A DNA stretch of 63,361 bases, counting the filler, from Circinaria calcarea (taxonomy: Eukaryota), in assembly GCA_051942165.1 (NCBI GenBank). It is 7 parts of 7 records of this genome, joined end to end, with 100 filler letters (N's around TTAATTAATTAA, not from the genome) between each part and the next. Parts side by side here need not be neighbours in the genome. Positions count along the whole stretch, not along the records: positions 45,350 to 54,307 come from JAVECS010001014.1; positions 54,408 to 63,361 come from JAVECS010001015.1; 5 more parts are not named here. One strand, written 5' to 3'. A program made the translations under genes and the position numbers. Under the pieces are notes generated by a model, which ran no database searches, was not told the origin of the DNA, and was given only the letters and a program-made list of their open reading frames with translations. Positions 47,779 to 61,437 of this stretch are shown here, one piece after another; position 1 is the first letter of the stretch; every line of letters starts with the position of its first letter.

Positions 47779-49452
47779 GGTGAATACCTATGCTTGGCAA
47801 AGAAATTGAACAACGGGAAGACTGCCAGATTACGGCGAGAAGTAGCGTGCAATGAACCTAAACTTAACCATTGACAAAAGTCCGTATGTGATAATCGCAT
47901 CTAGGATCCCTGGATCGTTTCGAAACGGCGTCGGATCCCCAATTGCGTGCAGATACTACGCGCAACTGTTTCAGCGTCCATAACTTACAGTTATCCATGT
48001 AAATGTTAGGTTTACGGGGCTTTCTGGGCTTTCCTGTCAAGATGAGCCAATTATTAACGTATGAATCTCAAGGGCGTATAAATGACTTTGCAACTAATCG
48101 ATTCATCACTCTTGAATTATCCTGCAAGCACATTGAACAGAGCCAACGATCGGTGAGTGACTGACACGCCCAGAAGCGTTCAGAGATTTTTATGAGATAA
48201 GGAATGTTTTAATGAGTGCAAGGATCTATCTGAAGAAAAACCTCGAACGCGGAGAGAAGAGGTGGGAGATAACACGTTGAGCGTGAGAGCGGAAGGCGCC
48301 AGTGGCCTTAGGGATATGACTAATTTTCTTGAATCCCTGATCGACGATAGAAGGTATTACAAGTTCGTGGTAAGGTGGCGAGGCATGAATGGGAACCATT
48401 CTTGACAATTGTATTCGATATTGTTTGATCAAGTACGACGGAGTACGAAGCAGCCACTAACCTAATTTTTCTCACCAAATCCGCACTAGCCAAAAAAAAT
48501 CTCCCCCATAAAACCTCGGCCGCACACCGCTCTCCTCCTCTTCTCTTCCTCATCATCAGTAGTAAAATTAAACCTTTACTAAAGTGGGAGCTCCGCTACG
48601 GCGGCTTGCTGAGGGTCATTCTGACGAGCGTTACCCCTCCCCGGGGAACAATGCTCTCCAGTGGGTTTCCTTCCGTTCCCGGCTCCCTTGAGGGACGTGT
48701 GTCCGTTTCTTTCCTAAGACAACTGCGTGGAATCCTTTTTCGCAATGGATCGGAGTTGTGGGATGGACACTACAATATTGTCTGGGACCGTTGGGTTGGT
48801 GGTGATGATGGGAGTGATGATTTTTACAATGGCAGTTGATGGTGGAGTCGATGGTGGAACTGAGCCGCCGGGCCTCAAGCTCGGACGACCTCAGCGCAAG
48901 AGATCGGCAGCGTATAGAGACCTTATATACAAGGTTCAATGATAGGGAACACCGCAGGAGCTTCTCCATTCACCGCCGTGCAGACGACGCGAGCGATCCT
49001 GGTCTGACCGTTCTCGACGGTATGTCTGTTTCCACGGAGAATGATCCTCTGGCCGCCGCTGTATCGGCAACCAGATCCAACTACCTCATCCTACAATAGA
49101 GTAATCAGACGTTCAATACTAATTTGACATGTACTAGAACGACCGATAGACATGCATCTGTAGATTTGCGAGTTCTACAATGGCGGGTTTACAGATCATT
49201 CACAGTAAGTCTGGGTTCTAGATTTCTCCTGTGCCCAACGCAATAGCCGACTTGGTAGACGAGGAAGTTTTACAGGATAGGCGGGATTACAAAAAAGAGA
49301 AGGTCAAGTACGAATAGCTTTTGGTTTCGATGGTAATGGTCGAGAAGGTCCGACATTGCTAGGAGAATCAAAGCAAAGCGTAGCTGCTCTACATGGTGAT
49401 TCGCAAATGCTTCCAACTCATGCAAATACCACCGCCTATCTTCCGGCAGGAT

Positions 49453-50316
49453 CTAGTATAGCCGCTTAGGTGGTGACATGGAGGCTTTGATGGTCAAGCT
49501 TCCCACGTTTTGCCAGCCCTTCTTCAACAAACTGACCAAGTAATTGATAGCCAACATGATGTTCGAGATCAACTCGTCTTCCGTCATCCCAACATTTCCA
49601 ACCGCAACACCCAAACAGAGGACCTTCTTCAACTGGAACTTGATTGTCGATTTGACCTCGGTAATCTTTGCGTTGAGATCTTCGTTGTGAGAGATGGGTG
49701 TAGGGAATTTACCAGCTATGAAAATCGTTAGCCGTCTGGAAGGAACTCGGTGGGTGCTTGGCATCACGTACCCTTGGACAGACCAGGACCCAAGAGACGA
49801 GGAATCTGCTTGATCAAAGTATCGGACGAGACAAAGGCATCGTACTTCCGGGCAAGCTTCTTGATCAGCTTCTTGTTCTTATTGAGCTTTTTCAAGTCAT
49901 CTGCCGACATGGCATCCACGCCGTGATGCTTGGCTCGATCAATGTCATGCTGGTCACCCAGAACGCTGCCAAAGCCCAGAAAATCAGCTTCTCGTGCCGT
50001 TTCGTGTAGAGATGATCGTAGCCAACCCCTAAAACTCTCATGGCAGACTCGAACCTACCAGATACTCATGCCGGGTCGGGGCACACGAGGTAGCTTGACG
50101 GTGCCGGAGAAACGCTTGTCACGCTGGGGATCATAGTTCTTGAGGCCGATCTGCAACTCGACGGTCTCGAGGAAGTTCCGCTTCTTCTCGTTCGTGGAGT
50201 AGTCGAGTAATGACTGCACGTTTGTGCGCACTCCGGCTGGAGGTCGGAATGGTCAGTGTTTGCGAGTCATCTGGAATCTAATAGGATGCAGGCATACCGA
50301 CTGTGATTTTGGACAT
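49453..50316 (-). CDS. RPL1: 60S ribosomal protein uL1 (L1/L10a), multi-exon
   Basis: MSKITV...[80 protein letters not shown]. Confidence 0.95.
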
Positions 50317-50939
50317 GATGGCTACAGTCTTCCAGAAGAATGGCTAGTTCTTTTGGTGAGGATTTGCGCTTTTTTCGTGTTGTGCGATGGATTTGGAGAT
50401 TGTTTCCGGAAACTATTCTACCATATTTGATAGTGTGGCGAGGCCGCGCTATTCTAGTGTCACACCTGGAGGCACACCTCCTCCACATATAATCGAGGAA
50501 TGCCAGAGAACCCTTTTATCAATCGGATTACTTCCGAGAAACATTTTCTAAGGTATATGCTCCTACACAGTGTATGTACCTGGTGCAGTCACAAGAGTTT
50601 CAGAATGAAACTCCTCGTCTATGATAAAAGAAGCTCCGGCTCAAGTCAAAACGAGCAAAAGCAAGTCATGGAGCACGGCTATCACGCTGGTATCGAATGT
50701 GCTGATATCGGATGATTTGTCAAGTAGCTATCGTCTAATTTGCAGCACGGAATCCCAAGCGTACTTCATCCTTGCTATCTTGCCCATTGATTAGAAGCTG
50801 CATCACCGCCGATCGCCGCCGTCACTCTTAAGCCCGTGGTGATGAATCTCATCTGAGGGTTCGTCAGTCCAGGAACGCACAAGAGTTTTCACAGAGATGG
50901 CATACCGAAGGCACAGCTGTACTACTTCACTCCTAACCC

Positions 50940-51293
50940 TTAAGCGTTTCGTTTCGTGAAGTCCTCCTCCAGGTCTTTCTTCAATTTCTCGGGATCGGGA
51001 TTCTTGGGATCGACTGTCGCCTTTGCAACAACATCATGACTGTCCTTCTCGGCAGCTTTCCTGACGGCCGGATCCTTGGCATTCAAGTTTGCCTGGATCA
51101 CAATCTCCACCTCCCCAGTATCGGCAATTTCAGAGCCTTTGTCTGCGCGCAGGTTGGCATTCTCGTCGTTCTTTGGGGTTCTCGACGGAAACAGGCGGTC
51201 GCCCTTTTTCTTCCCTCCTCCAGCCTTTGGTATAACTTTATCCCACTTAGCTTTCCCCAAGAATTCTACAAATGCCTTTTTAGGGACCGGCAT
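50940..51293 (-). CDS. Small basic fungal hypothetical protein, 117 aa
   Basis: Clean ATG-to-TAA frame, strongly protein-like composition (RLFPSRTPK...LRADKG...EIVIQAN...DSHDVVAKA). Confidence 0.6.
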   Translation of the reverse strand: MPVPKKAFVEFLGKAKWDKVIPKAGGGKKKGDRLFPSRTPKNDENANLRADKGSEIADTGEVEIVIQANLNAKDPAVRKAAEKDSHDVVAKATVDPKNPDPEKLKKDLEEDFTKRNA

Positions 51294-51757
51294 AATTATG
51301 TAGCGAGTTTTACTAGACTCAGATCAGCTTGACATAGGGTTACGGTTTCTACATGAGCGTACATGATGGTCTAGTAAGACTGTTGCTAGTCCTAGATGAC
51401 TAGTGGGTGGGTTGTTGAGTAATGTTAGGTCAGTAAGCAGTCGAGGTAGTTGAACAATATCGAAGACACGTAGGGATGCATCTTCATACCGGCCAATTGC
51501 TTCTTAAGTGTTGAACGGTGATCACCTATGGTGAATGTAGAGTCACATCCCGGACAAGGGATTCACGGCAACTGTTGGCTTTGAGGCGCGCGGCAACTTC
51601 CCTATAGAATACATTTTTCTCGATTCCATACGTGTGACTTTCTCGATCATTTGCTACCTTATCCAGCAGCCCAAGCGAAGAAGGGATCATTTTACAGCAA
51701 TAGTAGCTAAGCCACCATCCATGTTTGTTGGATATCCAACCATTTCCATTCTACTCT

Positions 51758-53787
51758 ATGATTAGCTGGCCTCCTATTAAGAGACACCTTAGATGTCTGG
51801 CTTCGTCGATTAGTACTAGAGCTGTTCGTCTAGGCTTGCTCGATCGACGCCGGTCCTCTGTTTCGTATTGCAAACCTGCATCGCAAATGTCTGTTGCTCC
51901 AGAATGTACAGATCACGATTTCTTCCGCTACACCAGTGGGCGCTGGGTGTGGGATGAAGAAAAGCAGCTTCGCGAGCGATACAGGAAGTTTAACGTTCCT
52001 AAACTTCAGCAGGTTGCGGTCGAAACTGCCTCCGCAAAGTCCTGTGTTAGTATGGAAAAGCTTGGGGAAGGTACTTTTAACAAAGCCTTCAAGCTGGTAA
52101 TGGATGACGGTAGGGCTCTTGTAGCGCGAATACCGAATCCTAATGCCGGCCCCAGTTACTACACTACTGCATCGGAGGTTGCGACGATGGACTTTGTAAG
52201 AGCTTAGAGTTCTACAGGAAGGTTGAGAAAGCTGATCTCAAACCGCCTTCAGCTAAGAACAGTACTTGATATCCCGGTGCCAAGAGTATTGGCCTGGAGC
52301 GCGACTATGGACAATCCCGTGGAGTCTGAATACATCATCATGGAGTATGCACCAGGAGTAAGCTTGGATGTTGTTTGGAGGAGTCTGGAACTTGGAAGTA
52401 AGATGGCAATCATCGGGGACATTGTTTCCATGCAGAAGAAATTGCTCACAGTATCATTCTCATGGTAAATGAATAAATCCCTGCTTTTCGACAACCTTTG
52501 TATAGCAGAATCCTTATCAACCTTCACAGCTATGGGAATCTATACTACAAGAAAGACGCGCCGCAACACTCGAAGCCCGCAGAATTAGTCGGGGACGTCT
52601 CTCCAGACCTTAAGGACGACGTTTCAGCCCGTTTTTGTGTCGGCCCTGTGGTCAATAATACGTTTTGGAAGAATGAGCGTTCTGCTATGGATATTGATCG
52701 AGGCCCTTGTATGTATCTCCAAAACCTCAAGTCCATCCTTACATGGCTAGAATTCTTACTTCGTACGTCTGAACAGGGAAAACAGCGCAAGAATATGCGT
52801 CAGCAATTGCGCACCGGGAGATTGCCTGGATCAAAGCTTATGCTAAACCTCGACCACCGGATGATCCCTTGTATGTTGCCGAGGGCCAGAATTCACCTAA
52901 GGAACATATCTCTCTCTATGAAAAGTATCTTGCGTTAGTTCCTTTCCTCTTATCTTCAGATCAAGATGATCTCGCGCCAACCTTATGGCATCCTGATCTC
53001 CGCCAGAACAACATTTTCGCCCAGAATGGGCGCATCAGCTGTATCATTGACTGGCAAGGAGTTTGGGCCGGTCCCTTGTTACTACAAGCACGATATCCTC
53101 AATTCGTATACTACAATGGAAAGTTCAACCTTCACCTGCCGGAAAACTTCAAGGAGCTTGACAAGGAAGCAAAAAGCAGTGTCGAAAACCAAGTGTCAAA
53201 GTCCATTCTGCTACACTGTTACAATCTGGACACGAACAAAGAAAACCCTTTATTGTACAAGATCCTAGCGAATGCACATTTTGATACCAAGAGGATGCCA
53301 TTTGTCTATGCGCCTGATACTTGGGATGATGGCATTGTACCTTTCCGGGAGTCTCTCTTTAGGGTCGAGAAGTATGCTAGTATTTACGTTGTTTTGAAAG
53401 CATCTTTAAGCTAACCTACTGTGCAGACATTGGAAAGCTATGGGCTTCCAGATGCCATGTCCCATTCAATTCTCGGAAGATGAGCGACGCACCCATCTGG
53501 AAGGAGCGGACAGCTGGAACAGATTACAGGATTACTGGGACTTCGTATCCGTAGTCATGGATAAAGACGGCTGGACTTGGCACGATACGTATGAAGATGC
53601 AGCTGCTGTGTATAAGATCATGCAAGACCCCGGAGAAGACGTAGTGGATAAAATTACCGCTCTCATCTCTAAGTACTATATTACAGAGCCAGACGGCGGA
53701 GCAAGCCCTCCGATAGATGAAGCGAACGGTGTCCCAGGTGAAAATGAAAGCTCATTGCTGGAAGGAGTGAACAGACCCCTCCCGTAA
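51758..53787 (+). CDS. AIM9-like aminoglycoside-phosphotransferase (APH) family kinase, multi-exon
   Basis: FFRYTSGRWVWDE..QL.ERY..FNV, KLGEGTFNK, VARIPNPNAGP..YTTASEVATMDF, EYIIME, PTLWHPDLRQNNIF, IIDWQ. Confidence 0.85.
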
Positions 53788-54307
53788 TCGGAGTTTGACG
53801 GCTTTGAAATCCATCGTGCTGCACTGCACAGGAGTCAATGGGACAGGCTTCAGTTATTGTCACTTCACTCTATGTATTCGAAACGAAAGATACCCAAGTT
53901 TCTCCCCTCCAACTGTACCGCATTTTTCTTGCAAAAATACCTGTACAATGGCCACTTCATTCTTTTCGTGTGCTTCGTTTGTACAATAGAAACCATCATC
54001 CGCTCTGAGACTAGAACAGGATAAATCACCCTTTTACCTAACATATCCTAGAACTTTCCGAAGCGCTTCTCGTATAGAGATGATATAAGCTTTAACACTA
54101 AAGCAATTTCAAGATCAACGTCAGGGACAAGAGTTTACGCTTGATATCCTCTGACCCTGGTGCTCCAAAACGACCATATCAGTTGTCCCTCCTCTCCAAC
54201 AACCCTCCACACACTCTTCGCCCTTCCTTCTCACCTACATTACCATCACCAACTCCCATAGAACTCGTACCATCTAACCTCCTTCCCCCTCCCCCTCCGC
54301 CCTATGC

Positions 54308-54407
54308 NNNNNNNNNNNNNNNNNNNNNNNNNNNNNNNNNNNNNNNNNNNNTTAATTAATTAANNNNNNNNNNNNNNNNNNNNNNNNNNNNNNNNNNNNN
54401 NNNNNNN
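54308..54407. other. Artificial contig linker
   Basis: N-run + TTAATTAATTAA + N-run, 100 nt. Confidence 0.98.
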
Positions 54408-55149
54408 ATCCTATCATGGCTAGACCCCCCAACCAGAAGACACCATCCTAGAGCTCGGATGCGGAGATGGCGTTTTGACCGCCAAGATCAAGGACCACTG
54501 TACCGTTGTTTCTGGCCTGGACGAATCCACCAACCTCGTCTCCACCGCGCAGAAATCTACAGCTCATCACCCAATCTTACCTGAAAAGTCCATGACTGCC
54601 GCTTCCTCCTTGATTCCCCAGGAATGAAGGGAGACCACTATACCAATGTCTTCTCAAACGCTGCCTTGCACTGAATCCATCGCGACCCCAGTACCCGCAT
54701 GTTCATTCTCAAAGTCGCCTACGAGTCCCTCCAAACCGGTGGAGCATTCGTATCTGGGATGGGGGGAGCGGGTAATTTTGCCCAAGTGTATACCTCGCTT
54801 CTTACTGCCGTGGTCCACCAACGTCTGACTATCGAATAAGCGCGAGAGGCGTCTCCGTGCTTCTTTCCTGTCGGAAAAGCTCATGGCGAAGCTACTCAAA
54901 GAGGTTGGATTTGTAGTGGAGAGGTCGCAGCTTGAATATAGACCTACGCCCCTGACGACGGAGAAGCAGGAGGCATCGAAGGATAGGTGAGGCTGATGGG
55001 AGCGCAATTCCTAGAGAACATTGAGGAAGGAAAGAGAGACGGCTCTGAGGGAGGTATGTGAGGCTTTGGAGACAGTTCTCACGCACGAAAAGGATGGGAG
55101 CAAGTGGTTGGGCTACGTAAAATTGCGGGTCTTGGCTCGGAAACGGTAA
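54408..55149 (+). pseudogene. Class I SAM-dependent methyltransferase pseudogene
   Basis: ILELGCGDGVLTAKI, GLDES, VFSNAALH*(W), ELEYRPT-like motif, G*(W)VRLMG, WLGYV.LRVLARK. Contains TGG>TGA/TAG stops and frameshifts. Confidence 0.75.
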
Positions 55150-55899
55150 CTATGTGAAGGAAATAGTGTGCTCCGCCATGTGTCCTCTAATGATCGGTAG
55201 AAACGCTGTCGAGTACAGTGGGTAAAGTGCTGTTGTTGGAGGGATGTAAGACGAGTATGGCGATTACTAACTGCTGAATCCTTTCTATACTAGTGACCGC
55301 TATTGTGTGTGCTTTTTGTACAAGCCATGCCCCCTGGATGATTAAGCCAGAATCCACCCCTGCCCTAAACTAGGGCCAGAAACCAAAAGTAGCGCTGTTA
55401 AGATTCGAACCCAATTCTGGTGATGGTCCCGCCCCTGAATTCTTCGTGCATACATTCCTTTCACAGCTAGATCATATTATAAATCCCGCAATTTGGCTAT
55501 CCGAACTACCCGAATCCCCGAACCCTATGCTCCTCCATAGTAGGATCTCGGAAGTTGTACGACCCGTGAAAAAAGGGGGGATTTACTGCTGGACCACCTC
55601 GAGTCTAATTCTAATGACAAACGGTTTGTTAGGAGCGGTTCCATTTACAAACGATTATTAAGCAGCGGTTTTGATCCCGCAGGATTTTAGCTGATTCTTG
55701 CGGGATGTAAGTTATTATAACGCAACTGCCAGCATCTTGTTTACTATTTAACAGTAGCATTCCTCTGCAGTTTCGTCTATCTACAAATTATTCCTGCATT
55801 CATCTCTTACACTCCTACTCTCCGAAACGGCCTCGTTTTATGAATAAACTCAGAACCTTCTTCTCTTCGAAAAAGGATCGAAAGGCTCCCTTCGCAAAT

Positions 55900-56945
55900 A
55901 TGACACAAACAATCAAGAATGTCATCGTGATTGGTGTAAGTCGCTCCGGGCAAATCATTCACCTTGGAACATGGAAGTGATGGAGAGAATTAGGCCAGTG
56001 GCAATATCGGCGCTTCGATATTCAAGGCCATAGTTGACTCTGGCAAATTCAACGTCTCCGTCCTTAGCCGTCCAGAATCCACAGCCACATATGCCGCCGG
56101 CATCAAGGTCATGAAGTCTGACTACAGCGAGGTTAGCTTGGTCGATGCTTTGAAGGGACAAGATGCAGTTGTCTCAGCCCTCGGTGCTGCTAGTTTTGCA
56201 GAGGAGATCAAGATTATCGATGCAGCTGTCAAAGCTGGCGTGAAGCGGTTCCTCCCCAGCGAGTACGGCAGCAACTCCCAAAACGCCAATGCAACTGCTC
56301 TGTTCCCCCTCTTCGGCATCAAGGTTCAAACCAACAAGCACTTAAAGGCACAGGAGTCAAAAGGCTTGACCTGGACTGCAATTGAATCTGGGCCAGCTTT
56401 CGATTGGGTTAGTGGTCCAATTTTAAGGGAGGCTGTCGGCTGGCAACCTTCACCACAAGATTGATCAAGTGCTAAACAGTCTATGGTAGGGTCTTCAAAT
56501 GGGCCTCGTTGGCTTCAATATCAACACAAAGGAAGCTGCGATCTTTGATGACGGTAACCGAAAATTCTCCACCTCAAACCTCAGCCAAGTCGGCAATGCC
56601 GTTGTCGCAGTGCTTTTAAAGCCCGAGGAGACTGCCAATCAGTTCATCTATATTGACTCATTCACTGCCACACAAAACGAAATCCTCACCGAGCTAGAGA
56701 AAGCCACAGGAGAGAAATGGAAGGTTACAGAGTCGACCACCGAAGCTGCAAAGACTGAGGGACAAGCATTGTTCGCCAAGGGAGATTTCTCGGGATTGCT
56801 ACTTCTCCTGAATGTCCTTTTTTTGGGTGAAGGCTATGGCAGTTACTTCGCAAAGGAAGCCGTCTTGGGAAACGAGAAGCTAGGTCTGCCGAAGCAAGAC
56901 TTGGTCTCAACTGTAGCGACCTTGGTTGCAGGCAAGTCGATTTAG
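55900..56945 (+). CDS. NmrA / isoflavone-reductase-like NAD(P)H oxidoreductase, 3 exons
   Basis: MTQTIKNVIVIG|ASGNIG, ALKGQDAVVS, IDAAVKAGVKRFLPSEYG, LTWTAI..GPAFDW, ELEKATGEKW. Confidence 0.88.
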
Positions 56946-57583
56946 ATTCAGACCCGATCAAAGTATAGCCGACTTTTTGTTCGCTTTGGCGCATGGTTGT
57001 AACTTAGAACATTAGTAGCTAGCAAAAGTTGATCCCGAAGCATTGATTCAATTCAAAGTAATGGACCTGGCTTGCCAGGGGTCGGTGTGGCTCCCCTAGC
57101 ATCACGTCGTCCGGCTTGAAGTAAGCTCGCAGCAAGCTCGCAGCTGCTGCCTGGAAGGGAGAAGAAGGCGCGAAACACTCGGTCATTGAGGCTATACTGC
57201 CTGGATTTCGAGAGTAGTTAGATCTTATCTACTCGAGTTGCCTTATAATACTTCTACACCCTTACTACACATGAATCTGTACATATAACATATCACGTCC
57301 CTGATAAGATGGCGTTAAGAACTGACAATCTTGTGGTATCATTATGTTCAAAGCTTGCCCACTGTGCGTTGCTAGCATTTACGCATCCATGCGATAACGC
57401 TCTTTGGGTCCTACTTAAGGATCTTTCTAGAAAGGCTGTTGTTTATACGCTTTCTCTACCTCTGCGTATGCGTCATACCTATAGATCCAAGATTGAATTT
57501 TTGGATGGGTCCTATCAAATTAGCTTGACGTGTTCACATATGATTACTCAAAAGCTCCATACCATGTAGCACTAGTTCCTTGC

Positions 57584-57856
57584 ACTCGAAGAGGTTAGAT
57601 TTGCGGTGGAGAGGTGGCAGCTGGAATTACAGACCTACACCCCCTGACGACGGAGAAGGAGGGAGGCAGTGACGAGTTAGGTGAGGCTAATGGGAGCTCA
57701 GTTTTGCAGAAGACTTTGAGGAAGCAAGGAGGGAAGACGGGCTGTGAGGGTAATATGTGAGGCTTTGGAGACATGTTCGTACTTACGGGGAGGATGGGCA
57801 GGAATTAATTAGCTAGGCTCCGCGAAGACTGAGAGTCTTGGCTCGGAAGCGGCAAA
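57584..57856 (+). pseudogene. Degenerate second copy of the 3' end of the methyltransferase pseudogene
   Basis: Direct repeat of 54894-55149; shared blocks include GAGGTT.GATTTG..GTGGAGAGGT, CCCCTGACGACGGAGAAG, ATGTGAGGCTTTGGAGACA and GTCTTGGCTCGGAA.CGG. Confidence 0.8.
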
Positions 57857-58817
57857 CCTTAATATTATCATTTTTAACTAATTCCTTTCCGAATCGAATC
57901 ACGGATCGAATCAAAGGTTGCTCGACGAGTGATATGACCGAGCCTTGGGCTTATTCCTTTCTGCTCCGTCGATGTCCCCCCCTTATAAAACCGGCCATGC
58001 CCCTTTTTCGAGTCTAAATGTAATATCTCACGTTCCCCAAGGTTCGGGATATATATCTACGTATAACATATTATTTATAAATCGGTTACTAGATTCTTAG
58101 CTTTCCAACTCCTAACTCGGCTCATACCATAGGGGGAAAAAAAGACAAGCTAGTCTATTGGGCAAAAACGTAGATGAAACGTGACTTTTAGAAAGAGGCC
58201 CCAGCATATATCCCACTTCGCGGCGTCCCCCATATATATATTCGTAGGAATTAACAGGATCCAACTGACTACCTACCGGGGCCTTGCTTGATTCCAAATT
58301 TCCAACAGCGATTGAAGACGTTTTTCTTCCGGGGGCCGTGCACGGCAAACCACTATGGTAGTCCGTGCAGTGGCAATATCCAATTCTTACTTTTCTGCTT
58401 TGTACCTTGCGTGCCATTCAGAAAGGGTGGTTGCATTACAGGAAAGGGGCGTCTACGTCTTCAAGTTTTCAACAGGCGGCACGGTATAACTAACTGGAGT
58501 TGTATGGATTGGTACGGAGTAAAGGCTTCTGAAATATTATGGAGATACTATGAAAAACTGTGTGTAGAGAGAGAGCAAAGAGTCAAGAGAATGTGTATAT
58601 AACGTGTGTGTGGGAGAATGCTCGGGGGGATCGCTGAGATTATTCAGCGAAAGGCGCGCCGAATGAGCGCTGTTTCCCCGCCCATCTTCTCCATGCGTAT
58701 CAATCATAACATTCGCTTGTTTTTGGCCTGGGTCGGCAACGCCGGTTCTTAGGCAGCGCCAGCAATTATTATGCTCGGCAAGCCGTGCGGCTCTGCGCAG
58801 AGGTTTCTGAAAAAGAA

Positions 58818-61269
58818 TTACACAAGACGGATAACGCGCTCCTTGTGCAATTCTGAGCTAAGGAACTCCGTCTCGCTAACGCCATACTCTGCATACCCCA
58901 ATCGCTGGAAGCTTGTCTCGTTGATTTGGTGAACGATTAGGCCGCGGGCTCTACCACGGCCAGCGTACCAAAGTCCAAACCAGTAGTATTGTTGATCCTC
59001 GCTCCCAGTACACCCGGAAGAAATCAGAGGTCTGTCGAGGATGAGTGCTTCTGCAGCATGTTCTCTTAGGTATAAATCAGGGTACCCGTGGTTCTTCACT
59101 GTTTTAGTGCGGCCAGTCGAATTTTTGGTGTGCCGTTGAAGCGGCCTAAGTGGACCTTGAATGGTAAGAGATCCAGCTTTAAGAGCCCCAAACGGGTCCA
59201 ACTCAGATTGAGGAGTAACCTCAAAGCTCAAAACCTCGCAGTACCACCGTGGAGTGAACATGCTTATCACATCGGGGCTGTTAGTGAATGGGCCGAGAGG
59301 GATAAATACCTCGGGTTTGTTGCGGAACACAGTGGGCCAGGGACACGACGCCCATGACCACGAAGGAGCAAAGTACTGACTTTGCTGCTCGGGCTGCAGC
59401 ACTGGTTTTTCTTCGGTATTATGCCAGAGCAAGCTGCTTCGGACGTGATTCTCCCAAAGTCCACCAAGATATCTGCCCAGGAGAGCTCCATGCTTTCTGT
59501 GAAACTCTCTCGCAAGCGCGCCAATGGCGATGAGGATGTCACTTTGATACGAGAGCGATCTTTGAGTGTAGTCCTCAACCATTTTAGTCCACAATTCAAG
59601 AAGCTCGTCTCCAGTGGGCGCGCTCGAGGGAATTACTCCCAGGGAATTAAAACTTGGTACTTCATGATAAGGATCACTAACGATCTCACCGGCAAGAACT
59701 TCACCTTCCAGACATCTCATCGATAACCCGCCCGTCATCGGAAATGTGAGGAGACGTCTAGGCAGGACCGACTCTTGGAGCGTCCACGCACGGTTGTTGA
59801 TAGGTTCCCGCTTATACTCATACATCATAGGTATCGTTTCGACTAATAACGATGTAGAGTAATCTGGAAAGTGTCCCGGAACTCTGAGCGGCACAGATCC
59901 TGCTATACGCTGCCTTGCGGGCTCTGGATCCTGAAGCTTAGCATATACATCGCGATCAGTCTCCGGGTAAAACAGAAATCCCGAGTGAACATCTTTTGCA
60001 CCAGATGCCGAAATGACAACAAGTGCATTTCGATAGTACTCATTCATATACGGGATCTCATGGCTTTTGTCTGTGTCGGAATCTTGCAATATGCAAAGCG
60101 AGTCGATCCAGAGGTGTCGAATATGTAGAGCGTCCGTCACTAGCACAGCCTCTCGGATAGTTCGTGGCAGTTCGTCAAAGGCAAAGCCTCCCCTGAATTT
60201 GGACTGGGTGGCCTCATTAAGCTGTACCGTATTGGAAGTCCCCCATACATATGAAAGCATTGCATATTGGCCGTTCGCAACCTCTGCGGACTCAACCAGA
60301 TGCACTCGTCCCTGATCCAGGAGGTGAATGAGATCCAAGAGCCGTGTAGGAGGTCTCTGGTTTTCGATATATGAGCACCCATTATGCGTGCGTTCGCAAC
60401 TCCAAAGCCATGTTGTGGCCTGCTGCAGTAGAGAAGTCCAAATCTCGCCACGAGTCAAAGGATTTGCGTTTTTCAACAAATGTTTACGCGGTTGACAAAA
60501 AAGGTGATTAATTACTGATTTGCCCGCCGAAGTTGCTCGTCTAATAAAGGCCCCTAAAATTGTGGTGAGCCTTGAATTCCGAGGGCTTTAAGCCTATTCT
60601 TAGTAGAAGTTACGGTCGGCAAGTAAATTAAAAAACTAACCACTTTTTTGGTCATGCGCGTGGTGCGGTATTGCTTTTATGCGTCTTAGTAATATTCAAT
60701 CCTAATAGACTTATTATATACGCACCATGCTCATTACAAAAGGTTAGTGGCCATGCGTGGCCGCCACCATGAATGTCGGGGTGCAATCCAACCTCCAGCA
60801 TCATCGGATGCATACTACCATTTATCTTTTCAGGCCAGAAAGCCTGAAGGCGCAGAACTCTTGTTTTGTCGTGTTCTGCTAGTAAGGTACCATCACTATC
60901 TAGCTTGAGCAGAAGTTTGCAAAACCCGCATGATTTCTGACTGGATTCTAAAATATCTTTTGCAAGTATCTTGAAATCAACCATAGGGCCTCGTTTTTTC
61001 GGATTCTCTCCTACACTAAACATCTTAACAGCAAAATCACGGCCATCTTCTACACCAAACAGCTCGACAAGAAAATTATGGTCGTTTATAATATGATAAT
61101 CGGATATGTGGCTATCAATATCAGGGATTGGTTGGTCCAGCGTGTCTCCTCGCAAATGAGCCCATGTGATTGGGCTGAATATTGTTTCAGAGCAGCGAGC
61201 GCAAACTGAAACGTTCTTCGAACTGGGGTCATTACTCGGCTTATTCGCAAGGTCTGGATCCACAGTCAT
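58818..61269 (-). CDS. HET-domain protein (TOL-like) with Cys-containing N-terminal exon; junctions in ~60540-60720 uncertain
   Basis: N-terminal C-x2-C pairs (VCARC, SCGFC). Then WLWSC...H..C, PPTRLLDL, YAMLSYVWG, LPRTIREAV, LWIDSLCILQD, MNEYYRNA, INNRAWTLQE, W..MVEDYTQR.L, YLGGLW, APSWSWAS. Confidence 0.85.
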
Positions 61270-61437
61270 GGCAGGACCAGGGATTAGTGACCAAGTGTGT
61301 GTGTGATCTCTTCCTCGCATTTTTAATGGTTTACGAACTGCGAATGCCAATGCCCTAGAACAAAGAATAAAAGGAAGGGTTTAAATCCCCGCACGACCCG
61401 GATTGATCCGAAGTAAAATCCTGCTGGAGTTGTAAAC

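Noticed and set aside
55674..55706. Imperfect inverted repeat ATCCCGCA...TGCGGGAT upstream of the NmrA gene
   Set aside because: Only 8-bp perfect arms. It could be a TF site but cannot be distinguished from chance.
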